This document shows, one piece after another, positions 1 through 8,754 of a DNA stretch of 40,753 nt. A model generated the notes under the pieces. That model saw only the letters and a list, made by a program, of their open reading frames with translations. It was not told the DNA's origin and ran no database searches. The first letter of the stretch is position 1. Each line of letters opens with the position of its first letter. The stretch lies in the NCBI GenBank assembly GCA_043752365.1, contig JAYUYU010000816.1:1-40753 (forward strand), given 5' to 3'. The position numbers and the translations under genes were made by a program. Source of the stretch: Myxococcales bacterium (lineage in GTDB: Bacteria; Myxococcota_A; Polyangia; Polyangiales; Polyangiaceae).

Positions 1-345
1 GTCAACTTCGTGGACATCCTCTTGGGCCAGGAAGGTGGGATGAATTGGGCGTTGAACGCGCCCGTCGCAGGCACTTACGGCATCACCTTCGTCTACACCC
101 AGAACGACATGCGCGACATGGACCTGACCGTCAACGGCGTTAAGGTTGCCACCCAGGCTTTCAACAACACGGCCAGTTGGGATGCCGCATTCGCCTCGGA
201 CATCAAGGTGGACGTAACGCTCAACGCTGGAAACAACAGCGTCAAGCTCTCGACCAACGGCCAAGGCGGCCCCAACTTCGATAAGATCATCGTCCAGTCG
301 CCAAGCGGCGGAGCTGGCGGCGCCGGCGGTGACAACGGCATCTGA
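1..345 (+). CDS. 3' end of a protein with a C-terminal carbohydrate-binding module (CBM6/CBM35-like); 5'-truncated by the window
   Basis: Frame open from base 1. Pattern APVAGTYGITFVY...DLTVNG...T.SW...VTLNAGNNSVKL...GGPNFDKI is typical of CBM6/35 beta-sandwiches. Ends in a Gly-rich tail. Confidence 0.75.
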   Translation, partial: VNFVDILLGQEGGMNWALNAPVAGTYGITFVYTQNDMRDMDLTVNGVKVATQAFNNTASWDAAFASDIKVDVTLNAGNNSVKLSTNGQGGPNFDKIIVQSPSGGAGGAGGDNGI

Positions 346-416
346 GCGCTGCGCCCCAAGCCAGGCGGGCAACTTGCCCTAGGTCCCGCCTGCCCGCACG
401 CGCGTGCAATAGGAGT

Positions 417-1865
417 TCAACTTCGCACGCCGAACACGGCGGGCGGGACGTTTGCGCAGCCGCGAAGCAGCTTCTGGTAGCCCGCGTAGTAGGCGTCGGG
501 GCGGCGTAGTGGGTGACTGAGCCGGTACAGCTCGCGGAAGAGGTTGAAGTCGAAGCGCTCGGGAACGTGGTTCCAAACGGCGGCGCGCCCGAACGACAGC
601 GCTATCGGCGATAGCTCGCCGGACAACACCGCCAGGAGGTCGGAACCCCAACACTCCATGCCGGCCAAATACGTCTCGCGGGGGCGTTCGGCTCGACTGA
701 TGCCGAAGGCGCAGGCGTTCGGGCTGTACTCGAAGATGGCCGCGCGATCTGCGTGGCGCACGACCAACGCAAACGTGCACTGGTAGCCAGCGAGCTCTAC
801 GCCCATGAGTGAGTAGAGCCCGCGGAACAGCCGACTTCCGGCCAGCGTGTCCGCCAGCTCCTGTAGCCGGCTTCGCAGTAGTGCGACCTCGCCCGTGGAC
901 AGCTCGCGTTGCCCGGTGGCGGGCTCGTAATCGGGGACAGGCTTGCTGGCGTCCTTCTGGCGCGACGGCCAGCTTTCGGGCGGAGCCGTGGACAGGAATG
1001 GCGTCCTGTCCAAGACTTCCTCCAGCAGGTTTTTCTGCATGTTGAAGGTCTGACCCGGCCGGGTCGCGACGCTGCGGTGGCCCGGGTTGGCCGTGGCCAG
1101 CTGTTGGCAAACGCGCTCGGGATCGACGCTGAAGAAGCGTTGGTTCAGCCAGGTTCTCGAGCCATGAAAGGAGAAGCCGCCGGCGCACAAGAGCAGTGCA
1201 GCGGGCGCGCCCCAGCGCCCAGACAAGAGTTCTAGTCCAGCCTGCATTTGACTTGCGAACTGCAGACTGGTGTCGCCGGCGTCGGCGCTGAAGCTCGTCA
1301 TGTGGCTGCGATCGATGGTGTTGTTAGTCCAGCCGACTAGCCCTGGCTCCGGGCACCATTTGCGCGCGCTGTCGAGCAACTCGCGGGTCATCGTCACATC
1401 GACGCTCGAGAAGAAGCTGCCGTCGCCGCCCCTCGCGCGCAGCACGAACGGTAGGGCGTCCCACTCGTCGCCGTCGTCCGTTTTCGTGTGCTCGCCCACG
1501 AGCGGATACAGCTCGAGTTGATTGAACTGGACGCTGACGCCGGGCACGAGAGGCTGCACCGCGAAGCCCATCTCGGCCAAGATGCGGTAGCCCGCGGACG
1601 ACGAGCGGCCTGAGAGGTAGATCGGGATCTTCCGATCCAACAGCGCAAGCGACGGCACGTCGAAGTGATCGTCGTGCTCGTGGGTCAGCACCACCGCGCT
1701 TACGGCCGGAAAGGCATCGAAGCGCCAAGCTCGCGGTGGATAGACCCGGTACTCCAAAGCGTGAGCCTGTCCGAACTCCTCGCGCAGCAATGGGTCCACC
1801 AGCACGCACGAGTCTTCTGAACGAAACAGCCAGCCCTGGTGCCCCAGGAACGTTGTCGAGAACAT
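417..1865 (-). CDS. MBL-fold metallo-hydrolase (UlaG/beta-lactamase superfamily) with a long uncharacterised C-terminal region
   Basis: Start placed at ATG 1865 (MFSTTFLGHQGWL...VLVDPLL). Metal motif THEHDDH (HxHxDH). The ORF-track extension to 2024 runs through tandem repeats. Confidence 0.8.
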   Translation of the reverse strand: MFSTTFLGHQGWLFRSEDSCVLVDPLLREEFGQAHALEYRVYPPRAWRFDAFPAVSAVVLTHEHDDHFDVPSLALLDRKIPIYLSGRSSSAGYRILAEMGFAVQPLVPGVSVQFNQLELYPLVGEHTKTDDGDEWDALPFVLRARGGDGSFFSSVDVTMTRELLDSARKWCPEPGLVGWTNNTIDRSHMTSFSADAGDTSLQFASQMQAGLELLSGRWGAPAALLLCAGGFSFHGSRTWLNQRFFSVDPERVCQQLATANPGHRSVATRPGQTFNMQKNLLEEVLDRTPFLSTAPPESWPSRQKDASKPVPDYEPATGQRELSTGEVALLRSRLQELADTLAGSRLFRGLYSLMGVELAGYQCTFALVVRHADRAAIFEYSPNACAFGISRAERPRETYLAGMECWGSDLLAVLSGELSPIALSFGRAAVWNHVPERFDFNLFRELYRLSHPLRRPDAYYAGYQKLLRGCANVPPAVFGVRS

Positions 1866-1905
1866 GGCTGTGTCGATGCTACTACGGCCGACTCGGCGAC
1901 CTCGG

Positions 1906-1942
1906 CTCGCTGAGACTCGCTGAGACTCGCTGAGACTCGCTG
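1906..1942. repeat. 10-nt tandem repeat (CTCGCTGAGA)x3.7
   Basis: Read directly from the sequence. Confidence 0.9.
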
Positions 1943-1978
1943 TGGCTGGTTGTAGGTTGATGAAGCAGCTTGTGCTCG

Positions 1979-2010
1979 ACAGACGAAGCAGCCACAGACG
2001 AAGCAGCCAC
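1979..2010. repeat. 15-nt direct repeat (ACAGACGAAGCAGCC)x2
   Basis: Read directly from the sequence. Confidence 0.85.
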
Positions 2011-2127
2011 CGCCGGCACGGCACATTTCCATCGCGATCGGACGCTCGGGCTCACGCCGGGACTTTTTCGAACTCTTCCGTAGTCTTTTCTCACTCGAGC
2101 ACCTCTTCACGTCACCTGCTTCCAAGC

Positions 2128-3495
2128 ATGTCCACACGGAGTCTAGCCAACGCCCCCGGGAGCCGCCTGCTCCGTGAACGTCGCCGCTTCTTGCGCGGCT
2201 TGGGCAGCGCGGCCCTGGCGGCCCCGTTTTTCCTTAGGGAGCTGGTGAGCGCGAACGCGGTACCGGGCGAGGCCCCGCGCCGCGTGATCATTTTTGCAAC
2301 CGCGATGGGAACGATCAAACCACATTGGATCCACCCGGTAGGTCCACTCGGCACGCTTGGTCCGCTCCTGGCGCCGCTGCAGCCCTACGTGAAGGATCTG
2401 AATCTGATTCTGAACGACGGCGGCGGCATCAACGATGGCGGCGGTCACCCCGCTTGGGGCAGGATGCTGACAGGGCTGGCCAAAGAAGATTCGGGACCCG
2501 AAGGCCCCGGCAACGGCGCCTCGATTGATCAGTACCTGGGCAAGGTCATTGGGTCGGCCACGCGGTTTCCCTCGCTCGAGTTTGGCGCCGCGCTCGACTA
2601 TGCCGATGGCGAAGAGTTCTGTCGCCTGGTGTATGCGGACGGCAAGAAGTCGATGACCGCGGAGGGCGACCCCAAAAAAATGTTCGAGCGGTTGTACGGG
2701 ATGCCGCCGTCTTCGGCGGAGCCGCAGAAGCCGCTCGTCGGCCCGAAGGCGCTGGTCGATCGTCTCAGCTCCGAGCTGACCAGTTTGCAAAGCCGACTTA
2801 GCTCGGAAGAGCGTACGAAGCTCGACGTGCACCTCGCCGCGATTCGCGACCTGGAGAAACAAGCAGCTGGCCTGGCGGCTCAGAGTTGCACGCGCCCCAC
2901 GGCTCCCACCGTGAATTGTGGCTGCACCGGCAGCATGCGCGAGTACTCGCTCGTGCCGGAGCAGGTCAAACAGCAGATGGATCTGATGGTCAACGCGCTG
3001 GCTTGTGACATGACGCGCGTCGCCACCTTCCAACTCGGTCAGGAGGGCAACGGTTCGATGCGCTTTCCGTTCCTAGGGCTGAACGGCGAGGACGGCGGCG
3101 CCACCATGCACTTCTACTCGCACAACGATCGCGATGATGACTACGTGGACGGCGGGCCGATGTATCAGATCCACCTCTGGTTTGCCGAACAGTTTAGCTA
3201 CTTGCTCAGTCGGCTCGCATCGGTGATCGACAGCGACGGCAAGCGCCTCCTGGACAACACCTTGGTGCTTTGGTTGACCCCGATGGGTGAAGGCCGCGGA
3301 CACGACAGCGAGCGTTTGCCGTTGGTCTCGGCCGGTAACGCCGGGGGTATGGTCCGAACGGGGCAGTCGTTCGTGACGAAGGACCGCTTCATCAACGATC
3401 TTCATTCCACCATCGCGCATGTGATGGGCGCACCGCTGCAGACCTACGGCGATCCGATGTTGAGTAAGGGACCCATCACGGAGCTTTTGACATGA
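2128..3495 (+). CDS. DUF1552 (HXXSHH) family protein, Tat signal (module 1)
   Basis: ERRRFLRG twin-arginine motif; SIDQ, FPSLEFG, KLDxHLxxIRDLE, ACDMTRVAT, HFYSH, LLDNTLV. Start moved from 1942 to ATG 2128. Confidence 0.88.
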   Translation: MSTRSLANAPGSRLLRERRRFLRGLGSAALAAPFFLRELVSANAVPGEAPRRVIIFATAMGTIKPHWIHPVGPLGTLGPLLAPLQPYVKDLNLILNDGGGINDGGGHPAWGRMLTGLAKEDSGPEGPGNGASIDQYLGKVIGSATRFPSLEFGAALDYADGEEFCRLVYADGKKSMTAEGDPKKMFERLYGMPPSSAEPQKPLVGPKALVDRLSSELTSLQSRLSSEERTKLDVHLAAIRDLEKQAAGLAAQSCTRPTAPTVNCGCTGSMREYSLVPEQVKQQMDLMVNALACDMTRVATFQLGQEGNGSMRFPFLGLNGEDGGATMHFYSHNDRDDDYVDGGPMYQIHLWFAEQFSYLLSRLASVIDSDGKRLLDNTLVLWLTPMGEGRGHDSERLPLVSAGNAGGMVRTGQSFVTKDRFINDLHSTIAHVMGAPLQTYGDPMLSKGPITELLT

Positions 3496-5186
3496 GGGTG
3501 CGAGCAATGTCTGCATGGCTTGGTGCCAGCCTGCTGGGGGCTCTGCAGCTCGGCTGCACCGGCGATATCGTCGGAGAGAGCGGTGCACCTGGGGCGGGTG
3601 GCCCGGGCGGGGTGACGCCCAACGCAGCGGACTCGCCGGGCATCACCGTGAATGGCAAGGTTTGCAGTGAAGCGAAGCTCTTGCCAGCGCGGATCTGGCG
3701 TCTGACTAGCCAGCAGTACCTCCAAAGCGCGCGCGAGTTGCTTTCCCTCGAGACGTTGCCGGACATCGAGCTTGAGATTGAGCCGGTGGTGAACGGTTTC
3801 AAGAACAACGCTAACGCGCTCAGCGTCACCACGCGCGTTGCCGAGCAGCTTCAGAGGGCCGCGGTTAGCCTCTCAGCCAGCGGCGTGCAGCAATTTGCGC
3901 GTTACTCGGGCTGCGCGGCGACGGCGTTTGCGGACCAGGCCTGCGTGCAATCTTTCATCACGGCCTTCGGTGCGCGCGCTTTCCGCAGGCCGCTCAAGGC
4001 TGACGAAGTGGCGGGCTACCTGGCCGTGTACCAGGCCGGTGTTGCCGACGATGGCGGCGTGAACGGGGTGCGCCTGGTCATCCAGACGCTGCTCCAGTCT
4101 CCCCACTTTCTGTATCGCACCGAGCTGGGCGACGAGACGCCGGCGCGCGCGGTCGGGGTAGTTCAACTAAACGGGTTCGAGCTAGCTTCAGCCCTGTCGT
4201 TTTCCCTCTGGGGCTCGCCGCCGGACGATGCGCTCTTGGCCTCGGCGGCCAGCGGCAGTCTGCAGAGCTCTACTGAGCTTGTGGCCCAAGCACGCCGATT
4301 GCTGGCCGATCCACGCGCGCGGCCGGCCATGGCCAACTTCGCCGCCCAATGGCTCGCCGTCCAAGACCCCAACGTCTTGCTCCGCGATCCGCTCAAATTT
4401 CCGGAGTTTGCGGGCGTGAAGGGCGCCATGTTCCAGGAGTTTCAGCTGCTGGCGCAGGAGTCGCTCTTGGGCGCCGGGGCCACCCTCGGGTCCATGTTCT
4501 CGAGCGGGCAATCCTTCCTGAGCAAGCCCTTGGCCGACTTCTATGGCGTTTCTGGCAGCGCGCTCGACGCGACCTTCAAGTCCACGTCGCTCGCCAACAC
4601 GCCGCGCGTCGGCTTGCTCACGTCGGGAGCCCTCATTGCGTCATGGTCGCGCGACGAAGACACGGCGCCCATGACGCGCGGCAAGCACCTGCTGCATCGC
4701 GTCCTGTGTCAGGCGCTGCCCCCGCCACCCGCCTCGCTTGATATTCCCGCCGTCCCGAAGCTGGACAATGCCACCACCCGCGAGCGCTACGCCATCCACT
4801 CCCAGAACCCGGGCTGCGCCTCGTGTCACGATACCCTCGACTCCGTCGCGTTTGCGCTGGAGAACTTCGACTCTGTAGGACGCTACCGAACCACGGAGAA
4901 CGGGAAGCCGATTGATGCGTCTGGCAGCATCTCCGGCACGAGCGACCTGGACGGGCCCTTCGCTGACGCGAAGGACCTTGCCGCAAGACTGGCCGGCTCG
5001 CAGTCCGCGCGGGCCTGTTTCGCGCAGCAATACGTGCGCTTTGCCGGTGGAGCTGGCGAACGCGGCGACAACGAGTGCTTGACTCAGGGCCTGGTGAGCG
5101 CCGCGGCAGCCAACGGCGATTCACCGACCGCGCTCATGCTCGCGCTCGTAGAATCGGAGTTCTTTCGGGCGCGCCAGGCCCAGTGA
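3492..5186 (+). CDS. DUF1592/DUF1588-domain lipoprotein with CxxCH (module 1)
   Basis: Lipobox LQLGC; RLTxxQY, AFRRPL, LQSPHFLYRTE, LSFSLWGSPPD, GLLT, LC-PPPP, CASCH, ENFDxxG. ATGA overlap with the upstream gene. Confidence 0.9.
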   Translation: MRVRAMSAWLGASLLGALQLGCTGDIVGESGAPGAGGPGGVTPNAADSPGITVNGKVCSEAKLLPARIWRLTSQQYLQSARELLSLETLPDIELEIEPVVNGFKNNANALSVTTRVAEQLQRAAVSLSASGVQQFARYSGCAATAFADQACVQSFITAFGARAFRRPLKADEVAGYLAVYQAGVADDGGVNGVRLVIQTLLQSPHFLYRTELGDETPARAVGVVQLNGFELASALSFSLWGSPPDDALLASAASGSLQSSTELVAQARRLLADPRARPAMANFAAQWLAVQDPNVLLRDPLKFPEFAGVKGAMFQEFQLLAQESLLGAGATLGSMFSSGQSFLSKPLADFYGVSGSALDATFKSTSLANTPRVGLLTSGALIASWSRDEDTAPMTRGKHLLHRVLCQALPPPPASLDIPAVPKLDNATTRERYAIHSQNPGCASCHDTLDSVAFALENFDSVGRYRTTENGKPIDASGSISGTSDLDGPFADAKDLAARLAGSQSARACFAQQYVRFAGGAGERGDNECLTQGLVSAAAANGDSPTALMLALVESEFFRARQAQ

Positions 5187-5419
5187 GCAAGCTACCCGAG
5201 CTACCCGCGAAGCGCCCAACCCCTACCTGACGGTCTGCACCGCGGGCGGCGGGGGCCGGTGCGCGGGGGCCAGTGCGCTCGTGGGCTTGGACGCCTAACG
5301 CCGCGTAGGCCGGATCCCTGTTCGGCGGCGCAGCTCGGCAGGCGCGTCAATGGGCCTCCCCACGCTCAGCGAGCATGGGAGTCGTCACGCTGCCGGCTTG
5401 TGATTGACCACCGCCGACT

Positions 5420-6802
5420 TCAGCCCCGCAGCACGTCGAGCGCGCCGCCACACTCCGCCGGATTGCCAAAGGTCGTCCCTTCGACGCCCATGCTCTGGAG
5501 GACCGAGACCTTGAAGTCGTTGGACCAGCGGCCCCCTGGCAAGTCACCCCGAAGCGACTGGCCGCCGCGAGCCAAGCGGAGGTAGCGGCCCGTCTTGAAG
5601 TAGCCCTGGGCAGAGCCCGCCATGATGTGGGGAACGTTGGCGGTGTCGTGGTCGCCGCGGGTCATTTCGTTCAGCCAGACGACCACGGTGTTGTCGAAAA
5701 CCGTACCATCACCCTCTGGGATAGCCTTCAGGCGGTCGATGAAACCGGCCATCTGCTCCGCGTTCCAAACATCGATCTTGGCGACGTCGTTCCACGCAGC
5801 AAAGTTGCTGTCCGGTTCGTGGCCCAGCGTATGAAAGCCTGTTTTGACGCCTACTACGGGCAGTGTGACGTCACAATTGTTGTTGCCGAAGGACAGTGTT
5901 GCGACTCGCGTCAGGTCACACGCGAACGCCATAGCCAGCATGTCGAACTGGGCGTTCATGGTCTTGGGAATGTTGTCGTCGCTGTTCCACCATTCGCCCT
6001 GGCCCGCCTCGATGGTCGGCCGACCGCAGGAAAGGCCTCCTGCCACGTTCGACAGGCGCGCTTCAACTTCGCGGATCGAGTCGAAGTAGTTCTGCAGTTT
6101 CTCGCGATCCGCCTTGCCGACGCTCTTCTGTAGGTCGCCGATTTCAGCGAGGGCAAAGTCGAGCACCGACTTGCGCTCGCCTCGCACGCGGTCGAGCACC
6201 GAGGGGTCAGGCGGCGCGACTTCGGCAAAGACGCGATCAAAAACCGCCTGCGGGTTGTTCTCCTGAAGCGCCGGTTGATCAACGCCGTAAGAGCTGAAGG
6301 GAATGCCGTTGTCCGTCCGCACGCCCAGGTTGAGCGATTTGAACTTAGTGTCGCCAGCAATGTGGTTCGCAATCGCCTGATCTAGCGAAATCCCGGTGCT
6401 ACGTCCGCTCCGCCCGGTCAGGACGGACGGCCACTGGTCGTGACCAGGCCCGCCGGAGGCGTCCAGACCCTCGACAATCAAGAGGTCTTTCCGATGGCGA
6501 GCCAGCGGCTCTAAGCCTGGCGCGAAAACGAAATCCGAGCTGTCCACCGCTTGGGTCCCGCTGAAGAAGCCAGGGGTCGGACTCTTGTCGAGCGGATACA
6601 TGGCTTCGCCTGGAAGCCGAGGCCAGAACCGTTGAGGAAATACGCCATCGGTCGTGATGAACGCGACAAAGCGAAGGGGGGGCTTCGCGGCCTGACCGTG
6701 GGCGTTCTTGATTGGCAGCATGGCCTCGAGCCACGGCAATGCAATCGAGGTGCCGGCGAGGCCGGTGAGCAGCGAGCGACGTGAGAGGGTGCCGCGTTTC
6801 AT
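5420..6802 (-). CDS. DUF1552 family protein, Tat signal (module 2)
   Basis: SRRSLLTG...ALPWLEAM; SLDQ, ACDLTRVAT, HTLGH, PEGDGTVFDNT. ATGA coupling to the upstream gene. Confidence 0.9.
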   Translation of the reverse strand: MKRGTLSRRSLLTGLAGTSIALPWLEAMLPIKNAHGQAAKPPLRFVAFITTDGVFPQRFWPRLPGEAMYPLDKSPTPGFFSGTQAVDSSDFVFAPGLEPLARHRKDLLIVEGLDASGGPGHDQWPSVLTGRSGRSTGISLDQAIANHIAGDTKFKSLNLGVRTDNGIPFSSYGVDQPALQENNPQAVFDRVFAEVAPPDPSVLDRVRGERKSVLDFALAEIGDLQKSVGKADREKLQNYFDSIREVEARLSNVAGGLSCGRPTIEAGQGEWWNSDDNIPKTMNAQFDMLAMAFACDLTRVATLSFGNNNCDVTLPVVGVKTGFHTLGHEPDSNFAAWNDVAKIDVWNAEQMAGFIDRLKAIPEGDGTVFDNTVVVWLNEMTRGDHDTANVPHIMAGSAQGYFKTGRYLRLARGGQSLRGDLPGGRWSNDFKVSVLQSMGVEGTTFGNPAECGGALDVLRG

Positions 6803-8505
6803 GGCGTCTCCAGTTCAGTTCCGCGATACAGGAAGGCGTCGCTCTGAGTCAGCGACAGCAGTAGCTCTTTGAAGTTGCCGCCCGAGGCGTTTAAGGCCGC
6901 TTGAAGCGAGCCGAGGACGTTCGCGTCCAGCGCGGTTTCCTCCCTGCCGTAGGCAAAGCGGAACCACTGTTTGGTGATGCATTCCCGCACTTCAGTGCTG
7001 CCCGCCAACTGGGCGGCAAGCGCCGGCACGCCGCTGAAGGGCGCTGTGAAGGACACGCCGTTCACGATACCGGTGGCATCGACCGGCTTGCCGCCGTCTT
7101 GGTCCCGCCAGGCGCCGACGGCATCGTAGTGCTCGAAGCCCAAGCCGATAGGATCGAGCATCTGGTGACACGCGGCACACGTCGGATCCTCAACGTGCGC
7201 GGCGACGCGCTCGCGGGTGCTCGAGGTGGGCGTGGGCGGCTTGGGGTTGACGTCCACGCTGGCCGGTGGAGGCGGCATGATCGTGCACAGCAGCCGCTCA
7301 CGCACGAACTTACCGCGCAAGGTCGGCGCCGTTTGGGTGGCGTGCGCGTAACGCGCCAGAATGCCGACCTGCGTCAGAAGGCCGGTTCGCTGAGCCGGAT
7401 TCAGCTCGACTCGCACGAAGGCGTCCGTAGTTGGCCCGGTGACTCCGTAGAACGCCGCAAGCTTTGCGTTCATGAAGGAGTAGCTGCCAGTGAACAGCTG
7501 AGTGGCGCCGTCTTTGGCATTCCAGACGATGTCGTCGAGAAACGCCGACGTCTCCTGGTGGGCCAGCGTGACGAGTTCAGCGTTGAACTGCGGGAAGAGG
7601 CCAGAATCCTTGTTAATTTTCTGGGGGTTGATGTCGTCTACACCCAGCCACTGCGTGTGCAAGTGTTCGATATTGGTCTTGGCTCGTGAATCGGCCAACA
7701 GGCGCTCGGCTTGGGCGCGCACCTGCTCTTTGGTGGTGAGAGCGTTCTGGCTGGCCGCTTCAAAGAGCTTCGGGTCGGGCATGCTGCCGAGCAGGAGGTA
7801 CGACAGCCGCGACGCCATTTCCCAGGAAGTGGGGCGACGGGTGGCAGGGGTTGTCGCCGCGGGCTCGCCCAGCTCGACGCGAAATAGGAACGAAGGGGAA
7901 AGCAGCATGGCTCGGAGCGCCAGTTGGATGCCATGCTCGAAGCCCGTGCTGTCGCGGCCCAGCTGATAGACCCCCAGCAAACGAGTGACTTCCGTCTCGT
8001 TCAGTGGGCGTCTGTAGGCCTTCTGGCCAAGCTCGCGCAACAGCTGCCCGGCGCAGGCCGCGTCGCCAGTGGCGGCGCAGGCTGCGGTGACGGGGGCCTG
8101 CTTGGCGAGCTTCTCGGCGGCCAGCATGTATTGCTCAGCGCGCACGGGAGAAATCGTCTGCACGGCTGCGATATTGTCGAAGCCGAGCCGCCTTTCATCC
8201 ACGAGGAAGCTGTCCGCTGGCCGGGTGGCATCCGCGAGGAGAGCCGCCACAGTGTTGTTGTACTCGGTGTTGCTGAGGCGCCGAATGACCGTCGGGGGTG
8301 GCGGGCCCAAAGGCGCCCCGTCGGGGCCCACGACGACCGTGCCGCCGGTTCCCGTCATTCCCATTGACCCCCCGACGCCGCTCGGGCGTCCGGGGTCGCC
8401 GGGGCCTCCGGGGTCCGACGGGCTGCCGCCTACGGAGCCGTTACAGGCCAATCCGGGCAAGAGCGCAAGCCAGGGAGCCACTCGCCGAGCGAAACGCTTG
8501 CGCAT
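6799..8505 (-). CDS. DUF1592/DUF1588-domain lipoprotein with CxxCH (module 2)
   Basis: Lipobox PGLAC; RRLSNTEYNNTV, SPSFLFRVE, ASRLSYLL, RGKFVRERLLC, CAACH, DPIGLGFEHYD. Confidence 0.9.
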   Translation of the reverse strand: MRKRFARRVAPWLALLPGLACNGSVGGSPSDPGGPGDPGRPSGVGGSMGMTGTGGTVVVGPDGAPLGPPPPTVIRRLSNTEYNNTVAALLADATRPADSFLVDERRLGFDNIAAVQTISPVRAEQYMLAAEKLAKQAPVTAACAATGDAACAGQLLRELGQKAYRRPLNETEVTRLLGVYQLGRDSTGFEHGIQLALRAMLLSPSFLFRVELGEPAATTPATRRPTSWEMASRLSYLLLGSMPDPKLFEAASQNALTTKEQVRAQAERLLADSRAKTNIEHLHTQWLGVDDINPQKINKDSGLFPQFNAELVTLAHQETSAFLDDIVWNAKDGATQLFTGSYSFMNAKLAAFYGVTGPTTDAFVRVELNPAQRTGLLTQVGILARYAHATQTAPTLRGKFVRERLLCTIMPPPPASVDVNPKPPTPTSSTRERVAAHVEDPTCAACHQMLDPIGLGFEHYDAVGAWRDQDGGKPVDATGIVNGVSFTAPFSGVPALAAQLAGSTEVRECITKQWFRFAYGREETALDANVLGSLQAALNASGGNFKELLLSLTQSDAFLYRGTELETP

Positions 8506-8754
8506 CCTTTGCTAGTTGCTTGAGCTGGCCCGGGGTGAAAAGTTTCTTAGGCGGGCCGCCAGCCGCTGGCTAACACGAACACGAGAATTTTCTATTGGTT
8601 CCAAGCGCGAAAACGCGCTCTCACTTTCCCTAGCCCTCAGGATACTCAAGGTAGATGACGGCGTCTTTATCTGAGCCCGCGGCGGCTCGAGGCGCCTTCG
8701 ACGGCGGCGTGGAGTGGGATACTGCGGCGCGGACGTTTCCAGGAGGCCTCTGAA

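Noticed and set aside
1942-2127. Long N-terminal extensions given by the ORF track (also at 10181, 13661, 20900, 22339, 27111, 29782, 31213)
   Set aside because: They overlap neighbouring genes or repeats and would bury the signal peptides; downstream coupled starts fit better.
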